Origin: Oikopleura dioica
Lineage: Eukaryota; Animalia; Chordata
Direction: 5' to 3'
DNA length: 64,000 nucleotides
NCBI GenBank assembly: GCA_907165135.1
Contig: OU015566.1
Coordinates: forward strand, 4,216,001-4,280,000
The stretch's first letter is position 1. Each line of letters starts with the position of its first letter. Positions 1-10,900 of the stretch are shown in pieces. The notes beneath the pieces are model-generated. The model worked only from the letters and a program-made list of their open reading frames with translations. It ran no database searches and was not told the DNA's origin. Position numbers and translations under genes: made by a program.

Positions 1-169
1 GAATCATCACCTGATGCCTGTAATGACGGTTGTCATGATTTTTGCTATTTTTATCCATGAATGAAGAAATTTAAAATACGATCTATGACAAAATAAAGCA
101 AAACAAAACCGTTGATAATCAGAAATAATCTTGTTTCAGAAATTTTATTTTTCAAAATTTGGATTTTCC

Positions 170-1481
170 AGAATTTCAAGCAAAGATTATACCCAGTCTT
201 CCCAATCGTCTTCTGGCCAAGTCACTATCGACATCACGGAATTAACGATGAAAATTGAACATAGTTCTTAAAAATTTTTAATCCTTCTCTTAGTAAAATA
301 AAATTTTTACTGATAAGAAATGCCCATCTTGTCGCTTTTTCTTCATCTTCACAATGTCTGAAGCTTCTGATGAAAGCAATTATCGAAAAAACGGAGAAGA
401 AGAAAGAGATGATGCAAAAACTCGTCCAAGATTTACTCAGTCGCATAATTGTTAACCAAGGGCTTCCTAGGTTTTTTTCAATATCGACATTTTCGGCAGA
501 ATTAACCTGGATCTCCGTAAAGCATGAGCATTCCTAAAACACCAGCAACTCCATTCATGATTTCTGTTACAATCACAATCAAGTTCAGGTCAATGTTCGC
601 GAGATCAAGAACGAGCGAAAAGTTGAATAAATATTGCAATGGGAAGAACATTGTCAAATGAGCAAAACCAAATCCAATGCTATGTTTTTCTTTAGATTGT
701 TAATTCAAGAGTGCTTATTTACCCATAAATTCCCGGCGCTTCTCCGCCAATTTTTTCAAGCGGAAAGTCTGGGAGAATCGGATCTCTTCTGTCGATTGTG
801 CAAACTGGCCAGGTCCCGTTAGTTTGACCAAGTCGAGGAAAATCTTCTTTATAAGGCCTTGCATTCGGCCAAATGGCAATTGCGGCCAAAAGGGATGAAA
901 TAAAGCCCAAAAATGACTCTGAAAACTCAATTTCCTTTTTGAAGATTTTTTTCTTACGAGTGAAAATGAGATTTTTCCAGACCACCTCCTTCATTGCATC
1001 TTTACCAATAACTGCTTTTCTCGAACAAAATAAGCAACAAATACAAACAGCAGAAAAAAGAGCTGAGAGGACATTCATCGCTTCCCTCGCCTTCCAAATC
1101 TGACAGTAACTCTCCCATGTGTCAAAGAACAGATCAAGACTGTCTCTAATACTAAGACTATCGTCTTCAAGCCAAGGTCGACGGTACCAAGCAATGTAGT
1201 TTTGAGATAAGCCGAGAGAACCAGCAATTATCGAACAAATACAGGAGATACAAAAAATGATCGTTGTTACTCTTGGGATATCCTTCAAAACAAAACATGA
1301 GCTGATCATTCATCAATTATAACCAAGCAATAACCTTGAAATATGGAAAGATTGTAATCAAGCTTTGGAGAGCACACCAGATAGCTGGGTAGCTCAAACT
1401 GTAGGTCAAGATGTACAAAGGGTCATTGAGAAAGTAATGATCATTTTCATCTTCCTCTAGAATTCCGATTTTCTCTCTCAT
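170..1481 (-). CDS. Unknown multi-pass membrane protein (spliced; 3' end approximate)
   Basis: ATG at 1481 (MREKIGILEED...YPAIWCALQSLITIFPYFK) followed by a GT donor. ORFs 719-1309 and 234-446 and exon ~508-690 each carry hydrophobic segments. No family motif recognised. Confidence 0.4.
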
Positions 1482-1607
1482 ATCAAATCAATTCTGACGG
1501 AAAAATTGGAACAGAGAGAAGATTCCTCTTTGTATAATCTTTGATTTATAGACGGCGGCTATTTACAAATCGAACACGCCTCCAAACTCGTTTTTTTTAC
1601 AGAAAAT

Positions 1608-3462
1608 TTATTCAACAAAATTTGGATTTTCAAGAATTTCTTCTCGATCTTCTTCTGTTCTGAAGCAAAACTGCGCTTTTTCGAATTTCCACTGGTCTTT
1701 CAAAAGCATCGCTCCCGAATCCCAAGGCTGCAGATTCCCAGAAGCAGTGAGCATGTAGCAAATAGCGCCAAAAAGATTGATCGCCATCGAAATATACCAA
1801 ACAGGGGACCAAGCATCGACAGAAGTAGAATTATCACCGGTTATCATCAAGACCACTTGCGGCGCTAGAAAGCCTTTTCTGAGTTTAAATCTGCTTTCTG
1901 GTTGAAAAAAAGTGAGAAACCCATTTTAACCCATGCCTGGAATGGTTCCCAAAGTATTGGTTATCCCAAAAGTCGCACCGGAAAACCTTGGCGACAGATC
2001 CGCATGATTAGGAGTATTGTACCCCGAGAAGACGAAGCCACAGAGTCCAACTGACAAGCAAATAAGCGCCACAACTCCATCCTTGTTGCATCTCAAAACG
2101 GTTATAAATGGCAGCACTATCGCTGGCAAAATCGTCCCTAAGAGCAGGTTTCGCAGACAAAGAGGAGAATGACTTACCGATAGAATTGAAAATTCGTCGA
2201 ACAGCAGTTCTAGAGAGCATTTTCTTTTCAAGAAGTCTGTCAGACAGATTGCCCTGAGCGATGATGCAAAGAAACATGCAGATGTAGGGCAGGGCTCCGA
2301 TGATTCCGGCGGAAGAAATGTCGAATCCGTGGACGTTGTTCAGATATTTCGGAAGACTAAACTCGTTGAGACACAACAACTGATATTTTACCAGGTCAAA
2401 AAGGCGTAGAAAGTCCAGTTGTAGCAAGTGTGCGTCATTAAGATTCCCCAAAAAGGGAGTGAGCAGAAGATATTTTTCCAGGGAACAGAATGATTTTCTT
2501 TCGGTGGCGGAATCTGTGAGACAATAAATTCTCGCTCTCTTTTTCAGTTTTCTCGATTTTTAAGAGGAGAAGAAAGCTCTAGAATGATTTTTAGTCGTCT
2601 TGAATTTTGTAAAGAAGCTCTAGAAAACCTTCCTTGGATCAATAGTCTTACTCTCTTCCGGTGAATTCGCAGCAAACCAGAACCAAAGCGCCACCCAAAC
2701 CAAACTGATCGACCCAAAAATATAAAACATCGCCGACCAGCCCACCGTCTGACAAAGCCAGCCAGAGAGCGGCATCGAAATGATCGTACCAAACTGAGCA
2801 CCAGAAAATGAAAAACCAGCAAGTCGAGCGCGCTCATTTGGTGGAGCCCATTTTCCCCAAAAACTTGCGGCGGCGGGAAAAGTTACTCCTTCGCCGATTC
2901 CTTCTATCACCCGGAGGGCTTTTAAGAGTTAATTTTTGTCCTCGAAAAAAGAAAAAAAAACCAGCTTAAACTCTTCCTATCATCGCTGCAAAACCAGCAT
3001 CAGCCATTTGCCTTGTTATTATCGTGAAAAATGCTGTACAAGCAATCCCCAATCCGAGCAATAATTTCGCTCCGAAACGATCGGCTAGGTATCCGCCAAG
3101 GATTTGCGTAGTGATGTACCCATAAAAAAGGTCCCAAGAATAATCCCTTGCTGTTCGGGAGTCCAATCGTAAGTCGGATCGTTTGGTTTTGAATAGGAAA
3201 CTTGAGGAGTCGTAAAAGAGGAATTCGCGCATTCTCCTTTGGTTGAATTCTTAACCGGCGGCACCATTTGTACAATAGCGACGGATAGGTTAACCCGGAG
3301 CGCGTAAACAGCCGCAAATCCCCAAAAAACGAGCAGGGCATTTTGATACCGCTTCAATTTCTAGAGCCAAAATGAGTTTATTCTCTAAATTTTACTTACC
3401 CAAATTGGCGGATCAAAAGATTTCTCATCGAATTTTATTTCATCTTCTGAATTCTCTGTCAT
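1608..3462 (-). CDS. SLC17-family (sialin/VGLUT/NaPi-like) MFS anion transporter, multi-exon
   Basis: Family motifs YALRVNLSVAIV, W...QGIILG.FFYGY..TQI.GG.LA.RFG, LRVIEGIGEGVTFPA, WAPPNER, DLSPRFSG..FGITNT.GTIPG. One 1-nt homopolymer frameshift at ~3124-3129. Confidence 0.9.
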
Positions 3463-3665
3463 AATAATTTTTACAACTTTTTCTGTGGAGTTTATTTTTT
3501 GGGTCAAGGAGATGAGAAACATTTGTGATTCTTTCACAAGTTTTTGTTTTCCTGCCTCAGCAAAAGTGGTCTGAAATGATTATCCACGTGATTTCTCGAC
3601 ACGAACTTATATGATTTTATTAAAAAAAAAACTCAAAATCAGGGGTTGATATTTTATTCATCCTT

Positions 3666-4752
3666 TCATTTTTCTCTGAAAATTTGAACAGCTTTCTCGA
3701 TAATCAGAATTCCCCAGTTTATGTTCAGATAATCGAGTAGGAGACTGACGAGAAGAGATCCAGTTTTGAAGAAAAGTGGGATTTTGCCATCATCATTGAA
3801 AATAACTGGTAGAAGAGTCGTCCAATAATGAGGCATTGTAAAAATTCGGCTGGAGATGAAAACCACTACAAAACTGAACAGATGTTAATCCAGCTTTTCC
3901 GGCAGAATTAGGGGCCCTTACCCCCTTAAATTTCCCGGGGACCCCCTTGATTTACCTCATGCCTATTGCATCATTAGCTCTCGATGAGAATGAAGGAGAA
4001 ATTTTAGAAAGAAAAATGAGATTCAGAAAAATGTTTGAAATCTCAGCAGTCAGTCGATAATTTATAAAGTAAGAAAACATGCCCCATTGAAGAGCAACAA
4101 AGAAGCATACAAGTCCGATCACATGATGCCCAAAAGTTTGCCACTGCGTCTGCGGTTTTTCTTTAAATTCTCTTAAAACAATTAGTCTAAAGAATATGAT
4201 TGAAATATTACTTGCAGAGACAGACTTTCAGCAAAGGGAGGATTTCAAAACTTGGCTGAATAGTTTCATCGATCAAATATTCGTAGAATTTGTTTTTTTC
4301 AACCAGTTTCGTGGCGGTAAAATCGTCAAAAAAATAATATCCGATTAAATTGAGAGAAATAACGCCGATTTCAAATGCAAAAAAGCCAAATGCCAATGCA
4401 AAGATAAACGTTGAAATCTGTGAGCTTCCACGAACCGGGTCCTCCATAAGTTCTTCATCGAATATCAAAGTGTATAAAGAAAGAAAAGAGACAACTAAGA
4501 TTTTTTTAAATATTTAATTTAAAGAAATCCTGCTTACTAAGAGCCATAAAGAGTGAGTTGATAAATCCGGCTGCTTTCACTCGTGTAAAATAATTGTTGT
4601 TCTTTAGTTTCTCGTTTCTTGAAAGATGGGTTGGTATAAGTCCAAATACAGCATAAACTTGAAATATGATCAAAAATAAAATCTAAAAGATGATTTTTTT
4701 TTGTTGAAAATAAAAAAAGCCTTACTGATAAAATGATTGTTGGTGTGATCAT
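3666..4752 (-). CDS. Unknown multi-pass membrane protein (spliced)
   Basis: Successive hydrophobic minus-strand ORFs (4537-4752, 4208-4468, 3666-3866) with GT..AG boundaries. A TTTACAG acceptor lies a few nt upstream of the ATG. Confidence 0.45.
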
Positions 4753-5941
4753 TTTCTCTGTAAAAAAGCCACTTCCTGTTGGTAGAAAATGATTCTTTCG
4801 ATTTGCTAATAACTTGACTTATTAAACGATTACAATTTATTTATTCATTAATTTAATATTAAAGAAATTTCTAAAATTATTAATTGACTGTTATGATGCA
4901 AAAAATATGCACCACTTTAAGGTCTTTGATAAAGCTTTTGTAATATCGTATAATAATGACGTTCAAAAGGTCGTTAACTCGAAAACAGGCATTGAAAAAC
5001 ATATGAAAAGAACGCGCAGTTTCCCGAGCAAACATTCGGAAGAATGGAATTACCAAAATGAAAGATTGAATTCATCCGGTCGGGCAAATTGTCTTTCCGA
5101 AAAAATAGATTAAAAATCCTCAAGTGGCTCGGTTACCACTCTAGAACAAATTTTGATGGACATTTATTGCCTCAGATGGTCCAGTTTCACTTTCCCGAAA
5201 TCCAGGCGACCCCGGACACGCGATATTTGAGCGGTACCTTTGCGCGCAAACATCCGACTTATCTCGAGGAGCGTTCGAAAGTAAGAGCCGAGGAGGAGCC
5301 AGGGAAAGGCCCTTTTGACCAGTGCAAATAGAATGTCAATCTCAGCTGTCAAAAGTCGCCGCGAATTTTTGCTTCTAAGAAGTTTGCGATTTCAAGATAG
5401 TTATTTTCAAACTATCAAAAAAAAGGTTTCGAATCAATCATAGACTATGATTCATAGTAGTGGTTAAATTCAAATAGCCGCTCGCGGCTTCAAAAATCTT
5501 ATTTCTAAGCCCCCAAACCGCCAATTTCTTTCAAGAAAATTGAAGTGGCAAGAAAACGATTCAAACTCGCTCGTCTCACAGATCTAGCGTGTCGGATTAA
5601 GGGTGCACAAGTCAAACAACTTAGCTGATGAAAGGAAGAAAAGTCACGAATGGGTTATTTTCTGAAGAAAATTCAAATATTTCTCTAGCATAAACATTTG
5701 CCCATCGTCGTTTAACCATGGTTCTATTATCCATGATCAACTTTATTTTAATCCCAAGCAAGGCGAAGACGTCTCAAATCGCCGAGAACCAAGAGCTCCT
5801 TCTTTTTTTCAACATGCGTTTTTCAAGAGCGGGAGAAAAATTCGCGCGCGCTGAATTTTTCTGGAGACATAGAGGAGTACTAAAACTTATCAGGTAAAAT
5901 TCTTATTTTAAGATTATCTGAGCCAAGACGGTAACTTAGCT

Positions 5942-6183
5942 CAATATCTCTAGAATCTGGGCAAATGGTTTGAGAAGAGATTTGAAACTCTTAACGGGGT
6001 CCCTAACCCTAACCCTTATGTGGGGGTTAAGTTTAGGGTTAGGGGCAGCTCGAATGTTAACCCCCTACTACCGAGCTGCCCCTAACAAGACCTAAACCAG
6101 TGGGCTTCGCCCCCCGCCCCGGACCCCCGTTCAGAGTTCCCAGTCCTTAACCCTTACCACTAGCACAGATTCTAGAGATATTG
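5942..6183. mobile_element. Palindromic MITE-like element containing telomere-like CCCTAA/TTAGGG units
   Basis: Terminal inverted repeat CAATATCTCTAGAATCTG / CAGATTCTAGAGATATTG. Nested internal IRs (AACTCTTAACGGGGTCC / GGACCCCCGTTCAGAGTT; TTAGGGGCAGCTCG / CGAGCTGCCCCTAA). Confidence 0.65.
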
Positions 6184-7499
6184 GATGGCTTGAATCATGG
6201 ACTCCAACGATAACCCCTCTAAGAAAATTTAAGGGTGTCTTTTTAAAAAAATTAATAAAAATGAACATTTGTTAGGAAACTTCAAAAAGAAGAAGTACAG
6301 TATGAAACCTTGGCCGCCGAAAACCTGGCGGAGTCTTTTGAAAAGCGATTTGTTTGAAGAAGTACGCCTTTACATCCATTCTACGGTTCAACTTAAGAGA
6401 AAGCGGCTAAAATCACAAGCAGGCGGCTCAGAGCAGAAAACAAGAAGGACCAGTTTTTTGAAAACAGAGTGAAAAACAGACAGAGCGTCACGGCAAAGTG
6501 AAAACGAATGAGTCGACTTGGCGGAAGTAAAATCGCATAAGAAGATTTTCGAAAGGAAGATTTTTTTTTGTAAATCACAAAAAACGAGCATTTTGAAAAA
6601 GTTGGAGAATTAAGAATTGCGGCCGCAGGACACAGTGGAGAACAGGAAATCGGAAAAAAGGGCAAGGAAGAATGGGCACATTGTCGTGTCCAGACGCAAA
6701 GCCAAAACTCGCCCTAAGAGATTATCGAAAACCGGTAAGAGAGATCGAGATTTTTTGATGAGAGTTAGTTTTTATTTGTATAGTATTTTTGATAGTGAAG
6801 TGGAGCAGGATGATCATGACTCATTGATTCGTGAGAACGCTGAATTAAAAACTTCGAATTTAAATTCGAATTTCTCCAAAACAATAAAATAACTGCCCAA
6901 TCGAGCTGAAACCAAGTTTAAGGTTTCTGCAAATCGGGCGGATTTGAAAATCAACCGACCGCTTATGTCAAGAAAATTCATCAAATTTATAAGAAAAAAA
7001 GCAATATTCGATATAAAATAAGTAAACAAGCGAGTTTTCCGATTATGGCTTACTTTCATGAATTATAAATATCAATAAAATAATAGAGGGAAAATTTTAA
7101 CTCGCTTATTTTATACCGAGTTCGCTCCTTTTTCTTAAAATTAATTATAAAAAAATCTATATAATTATTAAAATTATTTTAAAATTAATAAATTAGAATT
7201 ATTGAATTATCAAATTAAAAAATAATTACGAAAAATTGAAAAAATAAACGAAAAATATTGAATGATTGATTTTTAAAATAAGAAATACCAGCAATCTAAA
7301 AATGCTAATTGTTGTTAATGATGGTTTATGATCAAGAAATCAACAAAAATGATCTCAAAAAGATTTCTCGTGAAGAAACACTCATTTCTAGCGAGAATTC
7401 CAGAGGACTGTACTTCAAGAAAGAGACTGCACTCAATTTACGAGTGAAATAGCGGCCCTTTGAGTCGAAATTAAACTGTCAAATGAGCCCGAGACCGTT

Positions 7500-7965
7500 G
7501 CCCGATATTTGCGCTTTGCAAATATAAAGCGGATTCGTAACATGTTGCTGCTCAAATACAGAACAAGCCGCGTTTTTTTGACTCACTGGCCCCGAGGCTA
7601 GTGCCCTCCCTGGCGGCGGTTATTTCCTAAGATTCCTCTTTCAAAGAGGTTAAAGATTAACCTGCCCTGAGGCGAGAGTTTTTCGTTCTCTCTCTTTCGT
7701 AAAATAATCATTCGTCATCGATTCTATTTAGAAGCGCCAAATATATACAGAGAGAGAGTTAAAATACTTATTTAATAAATACAACTCAAAAGGTAAATAT
7801 TCTTCTTTCCCCCCAGGGCGGGCTAGAACTGCCCCCGAGGCGGGCAGGCCCTTAGATATATAGAAAAAGCGTGTTTTTATTTGTCAAACGAAAAGTCGTC
7901 GATATTTCAAATTGACTCTCTTTCTTCATTTGTATAAATCGGTTAGTTAAATTTATGCTGGACAA
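7500..7965 (+). promoter_or_regulatory. Putative FoxA proximal promoter
   Basis: Non-coding region upstream of the first ATG with TATA-like elements (~7857, ~7933), Fox-like AAATA sites and repeated GCC(N3-5)GGC motifs. Confidence 0.35.
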
Positions 7966-10900
7966 ATGTTATCAGCCCGGGTCAATATTGTTCTAGCGCT
8001 GCTTGATTTGATGCTTCTTTTTCAGATGAACACTCTGCAGCCGCGATATCATCCGTACAATGGAAGTCCAAGTGGCAATGGAGGTTCGCCGGGGACCTAT
8101 GTCGGACATACTGGGCATACCGGCTATGCTCAGCCTACCAGGTTAGTTTCAATGTACCAGTGTCCAAGTGTGTAAAAGGTAGGAGGACTGGGATCGACAG
8201 CCGGTGTAGAAATCCAGAGTCAGGTTTTTAATTGCAAAAATGAAAAGCCGCGTAGCGGGTTTATGAAATCGAAGCCGCGAAGCGGCTTCGCGACTTTTTT
8301 AATAAACTATTAAACAAGTTATGATGCGAAGCCGCTTAGCGGCTTCGAGTTGAGAAGAGCCGCTACGCAGCTTTTCATTTAGCCTTTAAGAACCTAGCTC
8401 AGGCTTTCTACTCAGGTTGCCGAGATATTTTTCTAGTGGTTTTCTTTTAGAAACATTAAAATATCGGTTTTATTCATGGAGGAACAAATTAATGATCTTG
8501 AAAATTATTTGTCGAACTTACAATGTAAGAAAACGTATAACATGGGCGACCCTTTGTTACTCGATAAAACGCTGGCGATTTTTAACTAGTTACTCAATAA
8601 AACTGTGGCGGGCGGCCCTCTGTTAATCGGTAAAACGATGGCGCGGCGAAAAAAAATTTAATCGGTAAAACGATGGCACCCTTGTTAATCGAGGCGCGGG
8701 GCTCTCTTGCATGACGTCATCGGAGGACTCATGCTGAAAAAAATGTTAGGAAAGAGGTATCGAGCTCGCGCCCGCCACTCACTAAGGTGATCACTAACCA
8801 CTCAGCTATACTTACTTGTCAGTAGACCCACATTAACAAGGGTTTATTGTTACATTTTCTCACATGGGAGCTGAGCTGGTTCTCTCAGAAAAATATTGAA
8901 TTGAGCTGAGCTGAGCAGGACATTTCAGCAATCACTGACGTGAGCTCTTGGCTCGGCATCCTGACCCGTCTAAAAGCCTTAGACAGGACCTGTTTCCTGT
9001 TTTTGGGACACTGTCCTGTGTACCTGAGAAAAAAGGGATGTTTTTTGGCCCTGTCTTGTGTACCTCTCCAAAATTGGGATTAAAATCTCGGAACCCTGTT
9101 TCTGTCCTGTCCCTGACTAAAGACAGGCCTGTTTTTCCTGCTCAGGGCCTGAGTTGAGACAGATTCCTGTGTAATAAGGTCAGGAAACAGGCTTCAATAG
9201 ACTATTGACAATAGTCTAGATTCGCAACGTAATTTATAATTCATCTGAGCTGAGCGACTGCTAAACTTTCAACTCAGCCCAAGAGCTTCATCTCCCCAGC
9301 CTGGGGCCCTGGGCTAGTGAGTATTTTCTTGTGTTCAAATTCCCGGCTTTTTGGCTTTCTAAAAACTAATTTTATATGAAAAAAGCTCGATTTTTAGTAA
9401 TTTCCAAAACAAGCGTCAATCTCATTATTTACTCGACAAAAATGAGATGTATCCCGGAAATCCCTTAATTTAAAAATTCCCGGGCAATTCTTTACTTTCA
9501 TCGGTATGGCATGTCTTCCACTCATTTATCTTCAAGCAAGAGAGTCCTCCGATGACGTCAATCCAGCGAGCCCCGCGCCTCGATTAACAAGGGTGCCATC
9601 GTTTTACCGATTAAATTTTTTTTTTTTGCTGCGCCATCGTTTTATTGAGTAACTAACTCAAAAGTGCCAGCGTTTTATCGAGTAACAAAGGGTCGCCCAT
9701 GTTAGAAACAAAAAGAAGCGCCCATATTTGTGGCGCTTTTATACTTATCTAGAAAATCAACATCTACAATGGATTTTCTAGTGCTTCAAAAGTGCATATT
9801 TTTTGTAAAATGAAGAACTTTCTAGACTCCTAAATTTTCAAGAAAGCCGGTTTATGAAATGAAATTATAAAACTTGATGTCTCGATGTTTTGAGCCAGTT
9901 GGCCGATTTGAGTCGAGCTTTGTCCCTGCGCTCGGAGGTATTTATTTTCTCCGCGGATATTTGTCTATTTTTTTAAAAGTAAATTTGCTTTTTCCTTTTT
10001 ATTTAACGAAAATCTTTTGATCATGAAAATTGTTCATTTGATTTACGGGATCAATGGTCCTTATACAAGAGTTAGAGAATTGAAGAGAAGGGGTTCAAGA
10101 GGTTCAAGGTTCGTTCTAGAGAAAATTAAAAAGCAGAAGTTCTAGAGAATTGATGACTTCAAAATAAAGGCGTAAAGAATTCAATATTTTTGGCAAAGAT
10201 TGTCGATGAAACTTTCGAAACGGAGTCCAAGATTGTCAATTTTCTATTCGAGCACGTGACGGCTTCTGATTGGCCAAGTGCGTTTCCTCGGAAAATTGAC
10301 AATCTTCGACTCGTTATCCGAAGTTCTATCAGCAATCTTCGGACAATTGTTGACCACTAGAAAACTCTCTTCATCCCTTTTTTCAGCGAGGCGCACAGCG
10401 GAACGGTCTACGTCTCCACCCCTGGTCAAATGCGCTCGACAGCGATGATCCAGCCACCTCAATTCGAGTCTCCTTCTCACAACGGAACGATGTCGATCGG
10501 CGGCTTCTCCCAGGGCTCCAGCGGCGGGCCAGCCACACCGGCTGGAATTCAGCAGCGAGATCGAGTTTCCCAAGCAAAACCGCCATACAGTTACATTTCG
10601 CTCATCACGATGGCGATTCAGCAGTCGCCGCAGAAGATGATGACGTTGTCGGAGATTTACAACTGGATCATGGAACTGTTCCCTTATTACAGACAGAATC
10701 AACAAAGGTAAAGTTCTTTTCATTGAAAAAAGCTGATTTTTTTTTCTAGATGGCAAAACTCAATCCGCCACAGTCTGTCCTTCAACGACTGCTTCGTCAA
10801 AGTCCCCCGCTCCCCCGACAAACCAGGAAAGGGCAGTTACTGGGCGCTCCACGACGATGCTGGAAACATGTTCGAGAATGGCTGCTACTTGAGAAGACAA

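Noticed and set aside
3121-3132. Frameshift in SLC17 (GTFF-YG), read as a pseudogene or programmed frameshift
   Set aside because: One extra base in a homopolymer restores the conserved frame and the gene is otherwise intact. A long-read consensus error is the most likely cause.
4907-7059. Possible small genes between the membrane-gene cluster and FoxA
   Set aside because: Exon-like fragments exist on both strands, but no consistent model or domain could be built.
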